Source: an uncultured Gammaproteobacteria bacterium
Lineage (GTDB): Bacteria > Patescibacteriota > Microgenomatia > 2-02-FULL-39-11
Length of the DNA stretch: 64,000 bases
Assembly: GCA_964446235.1 (NCBI GenBank)
Contig: CAYUNW010000002.1
Coordinates: 71,609-135,608 of the forward strand
Direction: 5' to 3'
The notes beneath the pieces were generated by a model. The model worked only from the letters and a program-made list of their open reading frames with translations. It made no database searches and was not told the DNA's origin. Each line of letters opens with the position of its first letter. Position 1 is the first letter of the stretch. The translations under genes were made by a program, and so were the position numbers. Shown here in pieces: positions 19,806-29,806 of this stretch.

Positions 19806-21083
19806 TCAGTGATTTTTTATTAAACTTTCTACAGCTTTTTGAAGTTGAACGTCTATTTCATTATCGGTTATTTCCGGAATAATTTCAATATCAGGCTTGA
19901 TCCCTGTTCCATTTATCCAAGTATTTGAAGGTAATATCCATTTTGCTGTTGTGATATGAATTCCGGCGCCTTCCCTTAATTCCTGTGCTTCCTGAATTGT
20001 TCCTTTACCAAATGTTGTCTCACCGACAAGAGTTGCACGTTCTCGATCTTTTAGAGCACCTGCTACGATTTCTGATGCTGATGCTGAACCTTTGTTAATC
20101 AATACAAACATAGGTATTGTCAATAATTTACCCTGTCTGTTGACGTTATATGTAGTCTTTTCTCCGGTGGCAGTTTGTTGATAAACTACCGGACCCTCTT
20201 TTAAAAATTCAGATGCGATAAAAACTGAACCGGACAAATATCCGCCTGGATTATTTCGTAAATCAAAAATTAAACCTTTTATTTTTTTATTTCTATCTTT
20301 TTGTTGATAATCTACTATTTGGGATACTGCCTGATTCCATTCATTAGTGGTATTATCACCAAATCTACCCAACTGAAGATAGATAACTTCATCACAGACA
20401 GGACAAACAATATCACTCACTTGGCATGTATTATCAGAATTGTTGCAGTCCGCGTATTTTACCTTCCATTCTACACTGGCCACCTTAATGGTATCCCGAA
20501 TAATTTTAATTTCACTGGATACGCTGGCATCCTTATGTAATATTGTTAAATTCACAGTACTGCCTTTAGGTCCTCTGATTTTATTCACCGCTTCAGGCAG
20601 CGTCCATCCTTGCGTATCTTTATCATCCACTTTGATAATCCAATCTCCAGCGAGTAATCCAGACTTTTGCGCAGGTGATTCTTCCAAAGGAGCAACTACG
20701 ATTATTTTTTTATCTTTAATACCCAATTGGGCACCTATACCTTCAAATTTACCTCCTAAGTCATCCTTGGCTTCCTTGTTTTGATCTGGAGATAAAAATA
20801 CGGTATAGGGATCATCTAAAGAAGCTACCATACCGGAAATGGCGCCATAAACCATTTTTTGGCTATCTAATTTGGTTTTATCTATATAATATTTACCTAA
20901 TCTATCCCATACTTCCCAAAATAGTGAAAAATTAATATTCTTACCATCCGGAACGTCTTTTTCTGTAATTGTCTGCAGATTATTGGAATAGTTATTTATG
21001 TTTTTATTACCGTAGTTGTAACCGCTACCAAAAGCTAACACTAATAATATAAGAATGATGACAATATTTCTGATTTTAATCAT
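19806..21083 (-). CDS. S41 carboxy-terminal processing peptidase
   Basis: 425 aa. PDZ domain followed by LRNNPGGYL and GSASASEI (S41 Ser/Lys dyad context). Confidence 0.85.
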   Translation of the reverse strand: MIKIRNIVIILILLVLAFGSGYNYGNKNINNYSNNLQTITEKDVPDGKNINFSLFWEVWDRLGKYYIDKTKLDSQKMVYGAISGMVASLDDPYTVFLSPDQNKEAKDDLGGKFEGIGAQLGIKDKKIIVVAPLEESPAQKSGLLAGDWIIKVDDKDTQGWTLPEAVNKIRGPKGSTVNLTILHKDASVSSEIKIIRDTIKVASVEWKVKYADCNNSDNTCQVSDIVCPVCDEVIYLQLGRFGDNTTNEWNQAVSQIVDYQQKDRNKKIKGLIFDLRNNPGGYLSGSVFIASEFLKEGPVVYQQTATGEKTTYNVNRQGKLLTIPMFVLINKGSASASEIVAGALKDRERATLVGETTFGKGTIQEAQELREGAGIHITTAKWILPSNTWINGTGIKPDIEIIPEITDNEIDVQLQKAVESLIKNH

Positions 21084-21114
21084 AACTTATATAGAAAATT
21101 ATATTATAGTATTT

Positions 21115-21846
21115 TTAATTCTCAACTACTATTTCTTTCATCTGTGGTCGAAGCCATATTTTTTTATCATGAAAAAGTTTCAATTTATTAAAAAGTTCCT
21201 TATCAATGACTGCATAAGACAAGTCAATCGTTTCTGAGCTTGACAATAATATTAATCCACATCCACCTAGTACTTTGATTTTTACTAACTGTTCTTCATC
21301 TATTTCTTTTGCCAATAAAATAGTTTTCGGTTCAATTAAAGATAAATCAAAAATATTCAAATCATCATCTTTGATAAATAAAAGTTTACCCCATGTATCT
21401 TGTCCTTTGGCCTGCTTTACGGCAAATTTATGACCTTCGACTTCGATTTCACAAATATCTTTATGTATCTGAGCAATCGTAAAGTCAAAAGGTATAATAT
21501 TCTCATTTAGGTTAAGTTTTTTTTGTTGACTTATGGTAATTAATCCGTTTGACAGGTCTATATTTGATAAGTATCCTTCTATAGGGCTTTTAATTTTCAT
21601 AATGGAAAATATTGATTTTTTTATCGCTAGAATTTCTCCGGCATTTATTTTTTGACCGATTTTACATTTTAAATAATGAGAAATATTTGCAGGTTTGACT
21701 TTAAGAATATGGCTTATATCCAATATTGATGGTATATAATTATCGACTGATTCAAAAATTTTTGTTTGAGCTTGATATTTTTTTCTTAATTCTAAAATTA
21801 ATTTTGAGTTTTTCGGAAAAGGAATAGTTAATTTCACTTTCATCAA
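21115..21846 (-). CDS. Hypothetical protein with barrel-sandwich-hybrid (lipoyl/HlyD-like) segment
   Basis: 243 aa. The segment INAGEILAIKK...IKSPIEGYLSNIDLSNGLITI resembles a biotinyl/lipoyl-like hybrid motif. Its start overlaps the rpsR stop by 4 nt. Confidence 0.4.
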   Translation of the reverse strand: MMKVKLTIPFPKNSKLILELRKKYQAQTKIFESVDNYIPSILDISHILKVKPANISHYLKCKIGQKINAGEILAIKKSIFSIMKIKSPIEGYLSNIDLSNGLITISQQKKLNLNENIIPFDFTIAQIHKDICEIEVEGHKFAVKQAKGQDTWGKLLFIKDDDLNIFDLSLIEPKTILLAKEIDEEQLVKIKVLGGCGLILLSSSETIDLSYAVIDKELFNKLKLFHDKKIWLRPQMKEIVVEN

Positions 21847-22097
21847 ACAGGTCTGACTATAAAGGGTACAAAAGATATAAATCTTGCTCTTTTTATAGCG
21901 CTAGTAAGTTTTCTTTGATGGGTTTGGCATAAACCGGTAATTTTTCTTCCTTTGATCTTACTTCTATCTGTTATATAGCGCTTAATGGTATCTATATCCT
22001 TATAATTAGGTTCCTTTTTTTGTTCACAAAAAAAACATTTTGAAGGTACTTGTATTCGTTTATCGAATTTTTTAAAATTACTGAATTTTTTTTTCAT
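21843..22097 (-). CDS. rpsR: 30S ribosomal protein S18
   Basis: YKDIDTIKRYITDRSKI...GLCQTHQRKLTSAIKRARFISFVPF. Confidence 0.9.
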   Translation of the reverse strand: MKKKFSNFKKFDKRIQVPSKCFFCEQKKEPNYKDIDTIKRYITDRSKIKGRKITGLCQTHQRKLTSAIKRARFISFVPFIVRPV

Positions 22098-22106
22098 ATT
22101 TTTTTA

Positions 22107-22667
22107 TTAAAATGGAATATCGTCAGGTATTATATCCTCGTTTGATTTTTCGGCTTCTTCTTTTGGTTCGTCATCTTTTTTTTCTGATTTGGTATTTTTT
22201 TTTGATTTGGTTTCTTTTGTTTGTTTCTCCTCATCTACCGAAAACTCAACGTTATCTAGATCTGCGATAATATCCTCATCACTTTTTGTTTCTACTGTGG
22301 ATGTAGTCGCAATTTCATCTTTTACTATTTTTTTTGAGTCTAAAATAATCATATCCTCAATTACTATTTCTGTCGTAGATCGTTGCGTACCGTCCTGACC
22401 AGTCCATGCTCTTGTCGACAATCTGCCTTCAGCAAATATTTTTCTACCTTTTGTTAATAATTGCTGGCATAATTCCGCCAATTTGTTCCATGCCACGATA
22501 CGATGAAATTCTGTCTGTTCTTTAAGCTCACCGTTTTGGGTCGTCCATGACCGATTTGTAGCTAATCCAAATGTACAAACAGCAGTCCCGCTGGGAGTAT
22601 ATCGCAGTTCAGGATCCCTTGTCAGATTTCCGATTAATATAACTTTATTTAATGAGCGAGCAGCCAT
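22107..22667 (-). CDS. ssb: Single-stranded DNA-binding protein
   Basis: OB-fold N-terminus (LNKVILIGNLTRDPELRYTPSG), long charged linker, and C-terminal acidic tip DDIPF. Confidence 0.9.
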   Translation of the reverse strand: MAARSLNKVILIGNLTRDPELRYTPSGTAVCTFGLATNRSWTTQNGELKEQTEFHRIVAWNKLAELCQQLLTKGRKIFAEGRLSTRAWTGQDGTQRSTTEIVIEDMIILDSKKIVKDEIATTSTVETKSDEDIIADLDNVEFSVDEEKQTKETKSKKNTKSEKKDDEPKEEAEKSNEDIIPDDIPF

Positions 22668-22689
22668 AAATATCTCCTTAATTTAATCT

Positions 22690-22971
22690 TTATTCTTTAA
22701 CAAACATATGTCTTAATAAATTATTTTCTAGATTAAGTTTTGAATTTAAGATTTTGATTTTCCCACCATCCAATTCCAATTTCATAATAAGATAAAAACC
22801 TTCTTTTTCACCTGATATATTGTATGCTAGGGTTCTCTTACCCATTTCTTCTTTTGATCTGATTTTACCCTCTTTTTCAATAATTTTTTCAACTGATTCT
22901 ATTTGTTTTTTTCTTTCTTCATCAGTAATTGAAGTTTTTATAATAAATATCAATTCATAATGATTTTTCAT
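22690..22971 (-). CDS. rpsF: 30S ribosomal protein S6
   Basis: 93 aa. Starts YELIFIIK... and sits in the rpsF-ssb-rpsR context. Confidence 0.85.
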   Translation of the reverse strand: MKNHYELIFIIKTSITDEERKKQIESVEKIIEKEGKIRSKEEMGKRTLAYNISGEKEGFYLIMKLELDGGKIKILNSKLNLENNLLRHMFVKE

Positions 22972-23007
22972 ATGCGGAGTATATCATATAGATTTTTAAA
23001 TTAAAAG

Positions 23008-23610
23008 TCATTGACTCTTTTTTACATCAATATATTCATCAAAATATTTGGAAATTTCCAACCAATCTTCCATGCGATGAACGTTGGAACCTAATTCAAC
23101 GCGATTCCAAGGTCTATCCAAAAGTAAAACAGGAACTGATAAATTCTTTGAAATTTCAGGACTATCTTCAATCATCAAACCTATTCTTTGGGTTATTACA
23201 ATATTTTTTTTAAATTCTGAATCGGATAATACTGACTTCTGCATATATAAACTGCAATTATCATGCCAAAAACTATTTTCTTTTAACCATTTTTCGGTCA
23301 CTTTCTGACCGGTTTGAGGTCTTGCGGTAATATAATTTATATAAAAGCCTCGTTTAAGCCAATTTAAAATTACATTTGACGCCATTTCGTATGGTTTAAT
23401 ATTCAAAGCAAATTCTTCGGTTTCGATAATCTGATATACAAAATCTCTGGCTTTTTTATATTCTACACCGCTATGTCTTTCTAAATAATAGAAATCGGTT
23501 AATTGATCAAATTTCAGGTTGGTGTTGAATTTTTGGTTGAAGATTTCAATATAGGAAACATATGTATCTGCTAATACATTATCAATATCGATCCCTATCC
23601 GTAATTTCAT
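23008..23610 (-). CDS. HAD-superfamily 5'(3')-deoxyribonucleotidase-like protein
   Basis: 200 aa. N-terminal HAD motif I in IGIDIDNVLAD. Confidence 0.5.
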   Translation of the reverse strand: MKLRIGIDIDNVLADTYVSYIEIFNQKFNTNLKFDQLTDFYYLERHSGVEYKKARDFVYQIIETEEFALNIKPYEMASNVILNWLKRGFYINYITARPQTGQKVTEKWLKENSFWHDNCSLYMQKSVLSDSEFKKNIVITQRIGLMIEDSPEISKNLSVPVLLLDRPWNRVELGSNVHRMEDWLEISKYFDEYIDVKKSQ

Positions 23611-23620
23611 ATCTTAAATA

Positions 23621-25057
23621 TCATTTCGGTTTTACCAATGGTCCAAATTTTGTATCTTCTACAATAAAACCGAGTTTTTCGATTTCTTTTCGTATTTTAT
23701 CAGCACCCTTATAATCTTTGAGACTGCGGAATTCCTCTCTTTCTTTAACCAACTTTTTGACGTTTTCATCATAATTGACAGTTTTTTCGATTTCAATTTT
23801 GTTCAAATTCAATCCCATTATTTCATCAAAATAGTATATTAAATCTAGTTTATCAGTTGGAGGTATATTGCTTTTTAAAACTTTCCATAGTACTGCCAAC
23901 GCAATTGGAGTGTTAAGGTCATTATTGACTGCTTCCTTGAATTGATTGCGAAAATTATCAACTTTTTCGATCTTTTCATTGGAAATATTTATTCTGGTTT
24001 TATCATGAATTTCTTTCTTTAAGGTAATAAGTTGAGATTTAAGCTCTGTATATGCATTTTGGGCTGCAATGATTCCTTCCCAGGTAAAATTGAGCTGAGT
24101 CCGGTAATGAGCCGTTAAAAAAAGATATCTTAAACTTATTGGATTTAATTTTTTTTCTTCCAAATCCTTTACACGATAAAAATTATGTAAAGATTTGCTC
24201 ATTTTTTCTCCTTGAACAAGCAAGTGTTCCCCATGCAGCCAGTATTTGACAAAAGGTTTATCTGTAGCGGCTTCTGATTGGGCTATTTCGTTGCTATGAT
24301 GTATAGCTATATGATCCACGCCACCGGAATGAATATCAAAATAATTACCGAGAAATTTCATACTCATAGCCGAACACTCAATATGCCACCCGGGAAATCC
24401 TATTCCCCAAGGGCTATCCCATTCCATCTGTCGATTTTTATCTTTTGGTGAAAATTTCCAAAGGGCAAAATCGGTAATATTCTTTTTACCCTGGACAATT
24501 TCAATCCTCTTCCCTGCTATCAGATTTTTCTTAAGATCCTTCAAATTTCTTCCTGTTAATTTTCCATAAGAAGTATATTTTGAGGTGTCAAAATAGATTC
24601 CATCTGCTAATTTGTAAGTATAACCTTTTGTTTCTAATGCTTTTATCAATTCAATCATTTCCGGTATATAATCCGTAGCCTTGCATACAATATCCGGTTT
24701 ATTTATATTCAATTTAACCAGCATACTGAAAAAATCATCAGTATAAAATTTGGCTAATTCCCAGACAGATTTTTTATCCCTTTGTGCACTTTTTTCCATC
24801 TTATCTTCACCGCTGTCAGCATCACTTGTCAAATGACCAACGTCGGTAATATTCATTACCCATTTCACCTTATAACCGTTAAAAATTAGCGTTCTATACA
24901 ATATATCGTTAAAGACATATGTACGGGCATGCCCGATATGAGCATAATCATATACAGTAGGTCCACAGGAATAAAAACCGATATCGGGAGGTGATATTGG
25001 TTTTAATTCTTCTATTTTTTTTGTTAAGGTATTGAAAATATATATCATAACTTTCAC
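23621..25057 (-). CDS. cysS: Cysteine--tRNA ligase
   Basis: Class I motifs HIGHARTY and KMSKSL. Confidence 0.95.
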   Translation of the reverse strand: MKVMIYIFNTLTKKIEELKPISPPDIGFYSCGPTVYDYAHIGHARTYVFNDILYRTLIFNGYKVKWVMNITDVGHLTSDADSGEDKMEKSAQRDKKSVWELAKFYTDDFFSMLVKLNINKPDIVCKATDYIPEMIELIKALETKGYTYKLADGIYFDTSKYTSYGKLTGRNLKDLKKNLIAGKRIEIVQGKKNITDFALWKFSPKDKNRQMEWDSPWGIGFPGWHIECSAMSMKFLGNYFDIHSGGVDHIAIHHSNEIAQSEAATDKPFVKYWLHGEHLLVQGEKMSKSLHNFYRVKDLEEKKLNPISLRYLFLTAHYRTQLNFTWEGIIAAQNAYTELKSQLITLKKEIHDKTRINISNEKIEKVDNFRNQFKEAVNNDLNTPIALAVLWKVLKSNIPPTDKLDLIYYFDEIMGLNLNKIEIEKTVNYDENVKKLVKEREEFRSLKDYKGADKIRKEIEKLGFIVEDTKFGPLVKPK

Positions 25058-25564
25058 TTAACCGGATTTGGTATCCTTTTTCATGCCTTCAAATCCTTGC
25101 TGAGCAGATTTTTTCTTTCTGGCAAACAAGGATCCTCTTGCTTGTTTACCGGAAGGTGCGGCGATAGTTTGTTGTTTTTTTTGAGCTTCAATAGCTTGAG
25201 CTTTTTTTTCTTCCATCTCCCGAACCGTTATTTCATACGGTCTAGGTTGGGCAGTTTGCGGGATGGGACGCATATGCATAGGAACAGTTGTTTTTAGTAA
25301 ATTTCTTGCCTCATCAATTTCTTTTTGATCTTTTATACCCAATTCCTGCTTTTTTCTGGCAATTTCTTCTTCGGATGTATTTTTTGATAAATTTTTCAAA
25401 TATTCTGAGAATTCATTTCGGTTTGAACTGGAAGTATTTGTCCCAATTGCCTGCTCTATAATTTTACCGGGGCTGACAATAGACGCTGCTTGTTTTGTTG
25501 TATCTTTAACAACTTCCAAACTTCCTTCTAAGAATTTTTTTGTGATATTTTTGATTTTTATCAT
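25058..25564 (-). CDS. Hypothetical charged protein
   Basis: 168 aa, Lys/Glu/Gln-rich, low complexity. No recognisable motif. Confidence 0.4.
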   Translation of the reverse strand: MIKIKNITKKFLEGSLEVVKDTTKQAASIVSPGKIIEQAIGTNTSSSNRNEFSEYLKNLSKNTSEEEIARKKQELGIKDQKEIDEARNLLKTTVPMHMRPIPQTAQPRPYEITVREMEEKKAQAIEAQKKQQTIAAPSGKQARGSLFARKKKSAQQGFEGMKKDTKSG

Positions 25565-25905
25565 CAGATATAACCTAACTTTATTTTTGCTTTATCACTG
25601 ATTAAATCTAAATTCCATGGCGGATCGAATGTTAACTCTACCTGAACATCCGTTATCCCTTTTACTTTTAAAAGTCTGGATTTTATTGGCTGGGCAATAA
25701 GATCAAAAAGCGGACAACCCATCGTAGTTAATGTCATCAGAACTGTCACTTTCCCTTTTTTATCTATTGATATATCATAGACAAGCCCCAAATCTACAAT
25801 TGAAATATTTAATTCGGGATCTAGTACTTTTTGGGTTTCTTTCCATAATAATTTTGTTAATGGATTATCTTTTTGTTTTTTGATTTTTGTTTTTTGATTT
25901 TTCAT
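25564..25905 (-). CDS. DUF59/MIP18-family Fe-S cluster assembly-related protein
   Basis: DPELNISIVDLGLVYDI and TMGCP motif typical of DUF59 (SufT/PaaD-like). Confidence 0.75.
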   Translation of the reverse strand: MKNQKTKIKKQKDNPLTKLLWKETQKVLDPELNISIVDLGLVYDISIDKKGKVTVLMTLTTMGCPLFDLIAQPIKSRLLKVKGITDVQVELTFDPPWNLDLISDKAKIKLGYI

Positions 25906-26528
25906 CAGTATTCCCTTCTTCCTTCCAGAGCTTTTTGTAAAGTCACCTCATCAGCATATTCGACATCCCCGCCAACAGGCAAACCGTGCGCAAGTCTGGT
26001 AATCTTGAAATTTTGGTATTTCGTATTACTTTCCGTAAAATTTCTAATTTCTCTTCTAATATACATTGCGGTGGCTTCCCCTTCCATATTTGAATTGGTA
26101 GCCAAAAGAATCTCCTTGATTTCCCCTCTTTTTATTCTGGCTATCAGTTCACTGATTCTAATCTCATCCGGTCCGATATTATTCAAAGGGTTAATTGCGC
26201 CATGAAGTACATGATATAAACCAAAAAATTTATTAGTTCTTTCTAAGGATAAAATGTCTATTGGTTGCTCTACTACACATACAATCGACCTGTCCCTGTC
26301 CGGATTGGCACAGATTACACAGGGATTCTGTTCTGATATATTGAAACACACTTCACAAGTAGTCGTAAAAATCTTTAAATTCTTAACTGCCTGGGAAAAG
26401 TTATCCAATTCTTTTTGCGGAACATGTAATAAATAAAATGTTAACCTCCCGGCTGTTTTTGGTCCTATCCCGGGTAATTTCTGAAAATGTTCGATTAAAG
26501 TACTTACGGCTCGTGGAAGTATCCTCAT
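25905..26528 (-). CDS. recR: Recombination protein RecR
   Basis: LPGIGPKTAGRLTFYLL helix-hairpin-helix, C4 zinc finger (CEVC...CVIC), and Toprim region. Confidence 0.95.
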   Translation of the reverse strand: MRILPRAVSTLIEHFQKLPGIGPKTAGRLTFYLLHVPQKELDNFSQAVKNLKIFTTTCEVCFNISEQNPCVICANPDRDRSIVCVVEQPIDILSLERTNKFFGLYHVLHGAINPLNNIGPDEIRISELIARIKRGEIKEILLATNSNMEGEATAMYIRREIRNFTESNTKYQNFKITRLAHGLPVGGDVEYADEVTLQKALEGRREY

Positions 26529-26534
26529 AGTTAA

Positions 26535-27443
26535 TTATTTTATATATTTTTGAATCTCTGAGGCTAAAAGTTTGGCGATTGGAAATATTTTCAACTTGGG
26601 AAATTTCAGTTGATCTGACAAGGGTATTGTATCGGATACCCAAACTGCATCCAATTCACTGTCCTGCAGAATTTTATCAGATCCACCGACAAAATCTGCA
26701 TGAACCGCTGCTGCGATAACTTTTTTAGCTCCATGTGATTTCAATAAATACGCTGCATTTACCAAAGTACCACCGGTTACAATTACATCATCGATTATTA
26801 ATGCTGTTTTATTTTGTATATCTCCGACAATTCTCATTGATAATATTGAATGCGGTTTGGACAAATCACGTTTTTTTTCTATCAAGGCTAAAGGTAAATC
26901 CAATTTTTCTGCAAATTTTTGCGCCCTTTTCAGGGCACCGGCATCGGGCGTCACCACCACTACATCTCTCCTTATTTTTTCTACCTCAGGAATAAAAATG
27001 TCCGATCCGTTTAAGTGAACTACAGGAATTTTAAAAAATCCTAAAATTGCTTCGTTATGAAGCTCGATAGTTATCAATTTAGTAAATCCGACTGATTCGA
27101 TTAGTTTGGCTACTACCTGAGCCGAAAGACACTCTCCTTGACGGTGTACCCTATCCTGTCTGGCATAAGCATGATATGGTAAAACAGCGATGATTTTTTG
27201 AGCCTCACCACGATTGGCAGCATCTCCCATTAGTAATAATTCCATTAAATTTTCATCGACTGGATTTGAAAGCGCTTGGATTATAAAAATGTTTTTACTT
27301 TCAACATCTTCTTCAATACGTACACGGCATTCACTATCTGCAAATCTGATAATTTCAACTCTCCCTAATTTTTTACCTAAATTATGAGCAATCTGTTCGG
27401 ACAGCGTACGATTGGAATTTCCGGAGAAAATATAATCTGACAT
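26535..27443 (-). CDS. prs: Ribose-phosphate pyrophosphokinase
   Basis: 302 aa. PYHAYARQDR motif and PRPP-binding loop LIIDDVIVTGGTL. Confidence 0.9.
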   Translation of the reverse strand: MSDYIFSGNSNRTLSEQIAHNLGKKLGRVEIIRFADSECRVRIEEDVESKNIFIIQALSNPVDENLMELLLMGDAANRGEAQKIIAVLPYHAYARQDRVHRQGECLSAQVVAKLIESVGFTKLITIELHNEAILGFFKIPVVHLNGSDIFIPEVEKIRRDVVVVTPDAGALKRAQKFAEKLDLPLALIEKKRDLSKPHSILSMRIVGDIQNKTALIIDDVIVTGGTLVNAAYLLKSHGAKKVIAAAVHADFVGGSDKILQDSELDAVWVSDTIPLSDQLKFPKLKIFPIAKLLASEIQKYIK

Positions 27444-27502
27444 TTATATTATTATGCGTGATATTATAATAATTTTCAAGATTTGATAATTTAGAATTAA
27501 AT

Positions 27503-28660
27503 TTATTCTATCGATTTAAAAGCGTACTGAAGATCGGATAACAAATCATCAGCATCCTCAATACCTATGGATAATCTTATAAACGAATCTGATAGTCCGA
27601 TTTTTTTTCTGACTGATTTCGGTACCGAAGCATGAGTCATGCTGGCAGGATGTTCAATTAATGACTCCACCGCTCCAAGACTTTCTGCAATTGATATCAG
27701 TTTAAGTGATTGCAGGAATTTTATACTTTCCTTCATGCCAGTATTAAGTTCAAATGATACCATACCTCCAAAACCCGTCATCTGTTTATCAGCAATTTTA
27801 TAACCCGGATGTGTTTTGAGCATTGGGTAGTATATTTTTTTTACTAGTTTTTGTGATAGAAGAAATGATACAATTTTTTTTGCATTTTCCTGATGTTTTT
27901 GCATCCTAATAGCCAAAGTTTTAATACCTTTAAGTATTTGATAACTATCAAAAGGGGAAAGTATAGCACCTACGGCATTTTGCAAAAACTTTAATCTGCC
28001 AGCCAGAATATCATTGTTTATCATGATACAACCTCCTACCACGTCACTATGGCCGCCAATATATTTAGTCATTGAGTGAAGTGAAATATCGGCACCTAAT
28101 TTCAAAGGTTTCTGAAAATACGGTGAGGCAAATGTATTATCTACTACTGTTAAAATATTTTTAGTTTTGACATAGTTTGTTATAGATTTGATATCTACTA
28201 TTTTCAGAAGTGGATTTGTCGGGGTTTCAATCCACAACATTTTTGTGTCATCTAATGATCTTTTATTTAGATCTTTATAATCACTGAAGTTCAAATACTC
28301 AATTCGCAAACCGAAATTTGTAAAAACTTGGCTGAATAATCTTCTGGTACCACCGTAGACATCATCTATAGAAATTATTTTATCTCCTGACTTTAACAGC
28401 ATAAGACAATTACTTATTGCCGCCAACCCTGATGAATAGGCAAATGCATATTTTGCATCTTCCAACCCGGCCAGGTTTTTTTCTAAAGCATCTCTGGTAG
28501 GATTACCGCTTCTTGAATATTCATATCCGTTTGTCGGTTTATCCACTTTCAATCTGGCAAAAGTGGTAGAAAGATGTATGGGCACAGTCACGTCACCGAA
28601 TGCTCCCTGTTTGAAAATAGGTTTCTGACCCAAATGAATAGTTTTACTAGCAAATTTCAT
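27503..28660 (-). CDS. Cys/Met-metabolism PLP enzyme (cystathionine gamma-lyase/synthase family)
   Basis: 385 aa. PLP-lysine context SMTKYIGGHSDV, plus the N-terminal YSRSGNPT motif. Confidence 0.85.
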   Translation of the reverse strand: MKFASKTIHLGQKPIFKQGAFGDVTVPIHLSTTFARLKVDKPTNGYEYSRSGNPTRDALEKNLAGLEDAKYAFAYSSGLAAISNCLMLLKSGDKIISIDDVYGGTRRLFSQVFTNFGLRIEYLNFSDYKDLNKRSLDDTKMLWIETPTNPLLKIVDIKSITNYVKTKNILTVVDNTFASPYFQKPLKLGADISLHSMTKYIGGHSDVVGGCIMINNDILAGRLKFLQNAVGAILSPFDSYQILKGIKTLAIRMQKHQENAKKIVSFLLSQKLVKKIYYPMLKTHPGYKIADKQMTGFGGMVSFELNTGMKESIKFLQSLKLISIAESLGAVESLIEHPASMTHASVPKSVRKKIGLSDSFIRLSIGIEDADDLLSDLQYAFKSIE

Positions 28661-28661
28661 T

Positions 28662-29651
28662 TTATTTTTTGCTTCTCCTTTTTTTCAGATATCCGTTATT
28701 AATCATCCATTTATTCTGATAAAATTTACTTAAATAATTACGTCCAGTATCAGGAAGTATAACCACCATTATTCCTTTTTCAATATTTCTGGAATATTTT
28801 ATAGCTCCGCATAAAGCCAAACCTGATGATCCACCGCTTAAAATACCTTCTTTATGCGCCAGATTTCTAGCGGTGATGAAACTTTCTTTATCCGAAACTT
28901 TAATTATTTCATCTATGATAGAAAAATCCATAGTATCCGGCATGAAATCTTCACCTACCCCTTCCACTTTGTATGTTGTTAGAATTTTAGGGATTTTTTT
29001 TGTTTTGAAATATTGGTAATAAATTGAACCTACCGGATCAACTCCGATTATTTTTATTTTTGGGTTTTTTTGCTTCAAATACTTACCCACTCCGCTTATA
29101 GTACCTCCAGTTCCCATGGCAATTACTACATGCGTAACTTTTCCTTCTGTTTGCTGCCAAATTTCCGGACCTGTCTTTTCATAATGTGCCAACGGATTAT
29201 TTAAGTTTGAGTATTGATCAGGTTTATAGGAGTTTACAATTTCCTTGGTAAGTTTTTGAGATACCATGTAATAGCTTCTTTCGTCATCCGGTGTGACGGC
29301 GGTTGGTGTAACGACTACTTTTGCACCAAACGCTCTTAAAAGATTTCTTTTATCTTCGCTTTGCTTATCAGGCATGATAAAAACGCATTTATACCCTCTA
29401 ATCGCCGCTACCATCGCAAGACCTGCGCCTGTATTGCCGCTTGTCGGTTCAACGATAGTACCTCCCTTTTTTATAAGATTTTTCTTCTCGGCATTGTCTA
29501 TCAAATAAGACGCAATTCTATCTTTGATACTACCACCGGGATTCAAAAATTCCAGTTTAGCTAACAAAAGTAAATTCGGGTTTGGATTAAGCTTGTTGAT
29601 CTTTACCAATGGTGTGTTACCGATAACATCCAATATATTTTCGTAATACAT
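28662..29651 (-). CDS. Cysteine synthase / cystathionine beta-synthase family PLP enzyme
   Basis: 329 aa. LNPGGSIKDR PLP-lysine motif, TSGNTG, and GTGGTISG loop. No CBS-pair regulatory domain. Confidence 0.85.
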   Translation of the reverse strand: MYYENILDVIGNTPLVKINKLNPNPNLLLLAKLEFLNPGGSIKDRIASYLIDNAEKKNLIKKGGTIVEPTSGNTGAGLAMVAAIRGYKCVFIMPDKQSEDKRNLLRAFGAKVVVTPTAVTPDDERSYYMVSQKLTKEIVNSYKPDQYSNLNNPLAHYEKTGPEIWQQTEGKVTHVVIAMGTGGTISGVGKYLKQKNPKIKIIGVDPVGSIYYQYFKTKKIPKILTTYKVEGVGEDFMPDTMDFSIIDEIIKVSDKESFITARNLAHKEGILSGGSSGLALCGAIKYSRNIEKGIMVVILPDTGRNYLSKFYQNKWMINNGYLKKRRSKK

Positions 29652-29791
29652 AAAAAAACCTCCTTATCTTAGGAGGTGTGATTTAAATACTATAAAAACC
29701 TCCTAAGGAAAGAAGGCCAAACAACAACAAGATATTATTATAGTCTGCATATCGATTTTCTTAGAATAATGGATATAAATTAAAGTGTCAA
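29652..29791 (-). promoter_or_regulatory. Promoter plus switch-like 5' leader (SD / anti-SD / anti-anti-SD) of the transsulfuration genes
   Basis: Minus strand: TTGACA (29791-29786), 17 nt, TATTCT (29768-29763). The leader has CUUAGGAGGU (29707-29698), its exact complement ACCUCCUAAG (29678-29669), and AAGGAGGU followed by U7 just before the AUG (29651). Confidence 0.5.
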
Positions 29792-29806
29792 GAAGTAATT
29801 ACAAAA

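Noticed and set aside
20301-20784. ORFs antisense to the S41 peptidase gene
   Set aside because: Shadow frames inside a motif-supported CDS.
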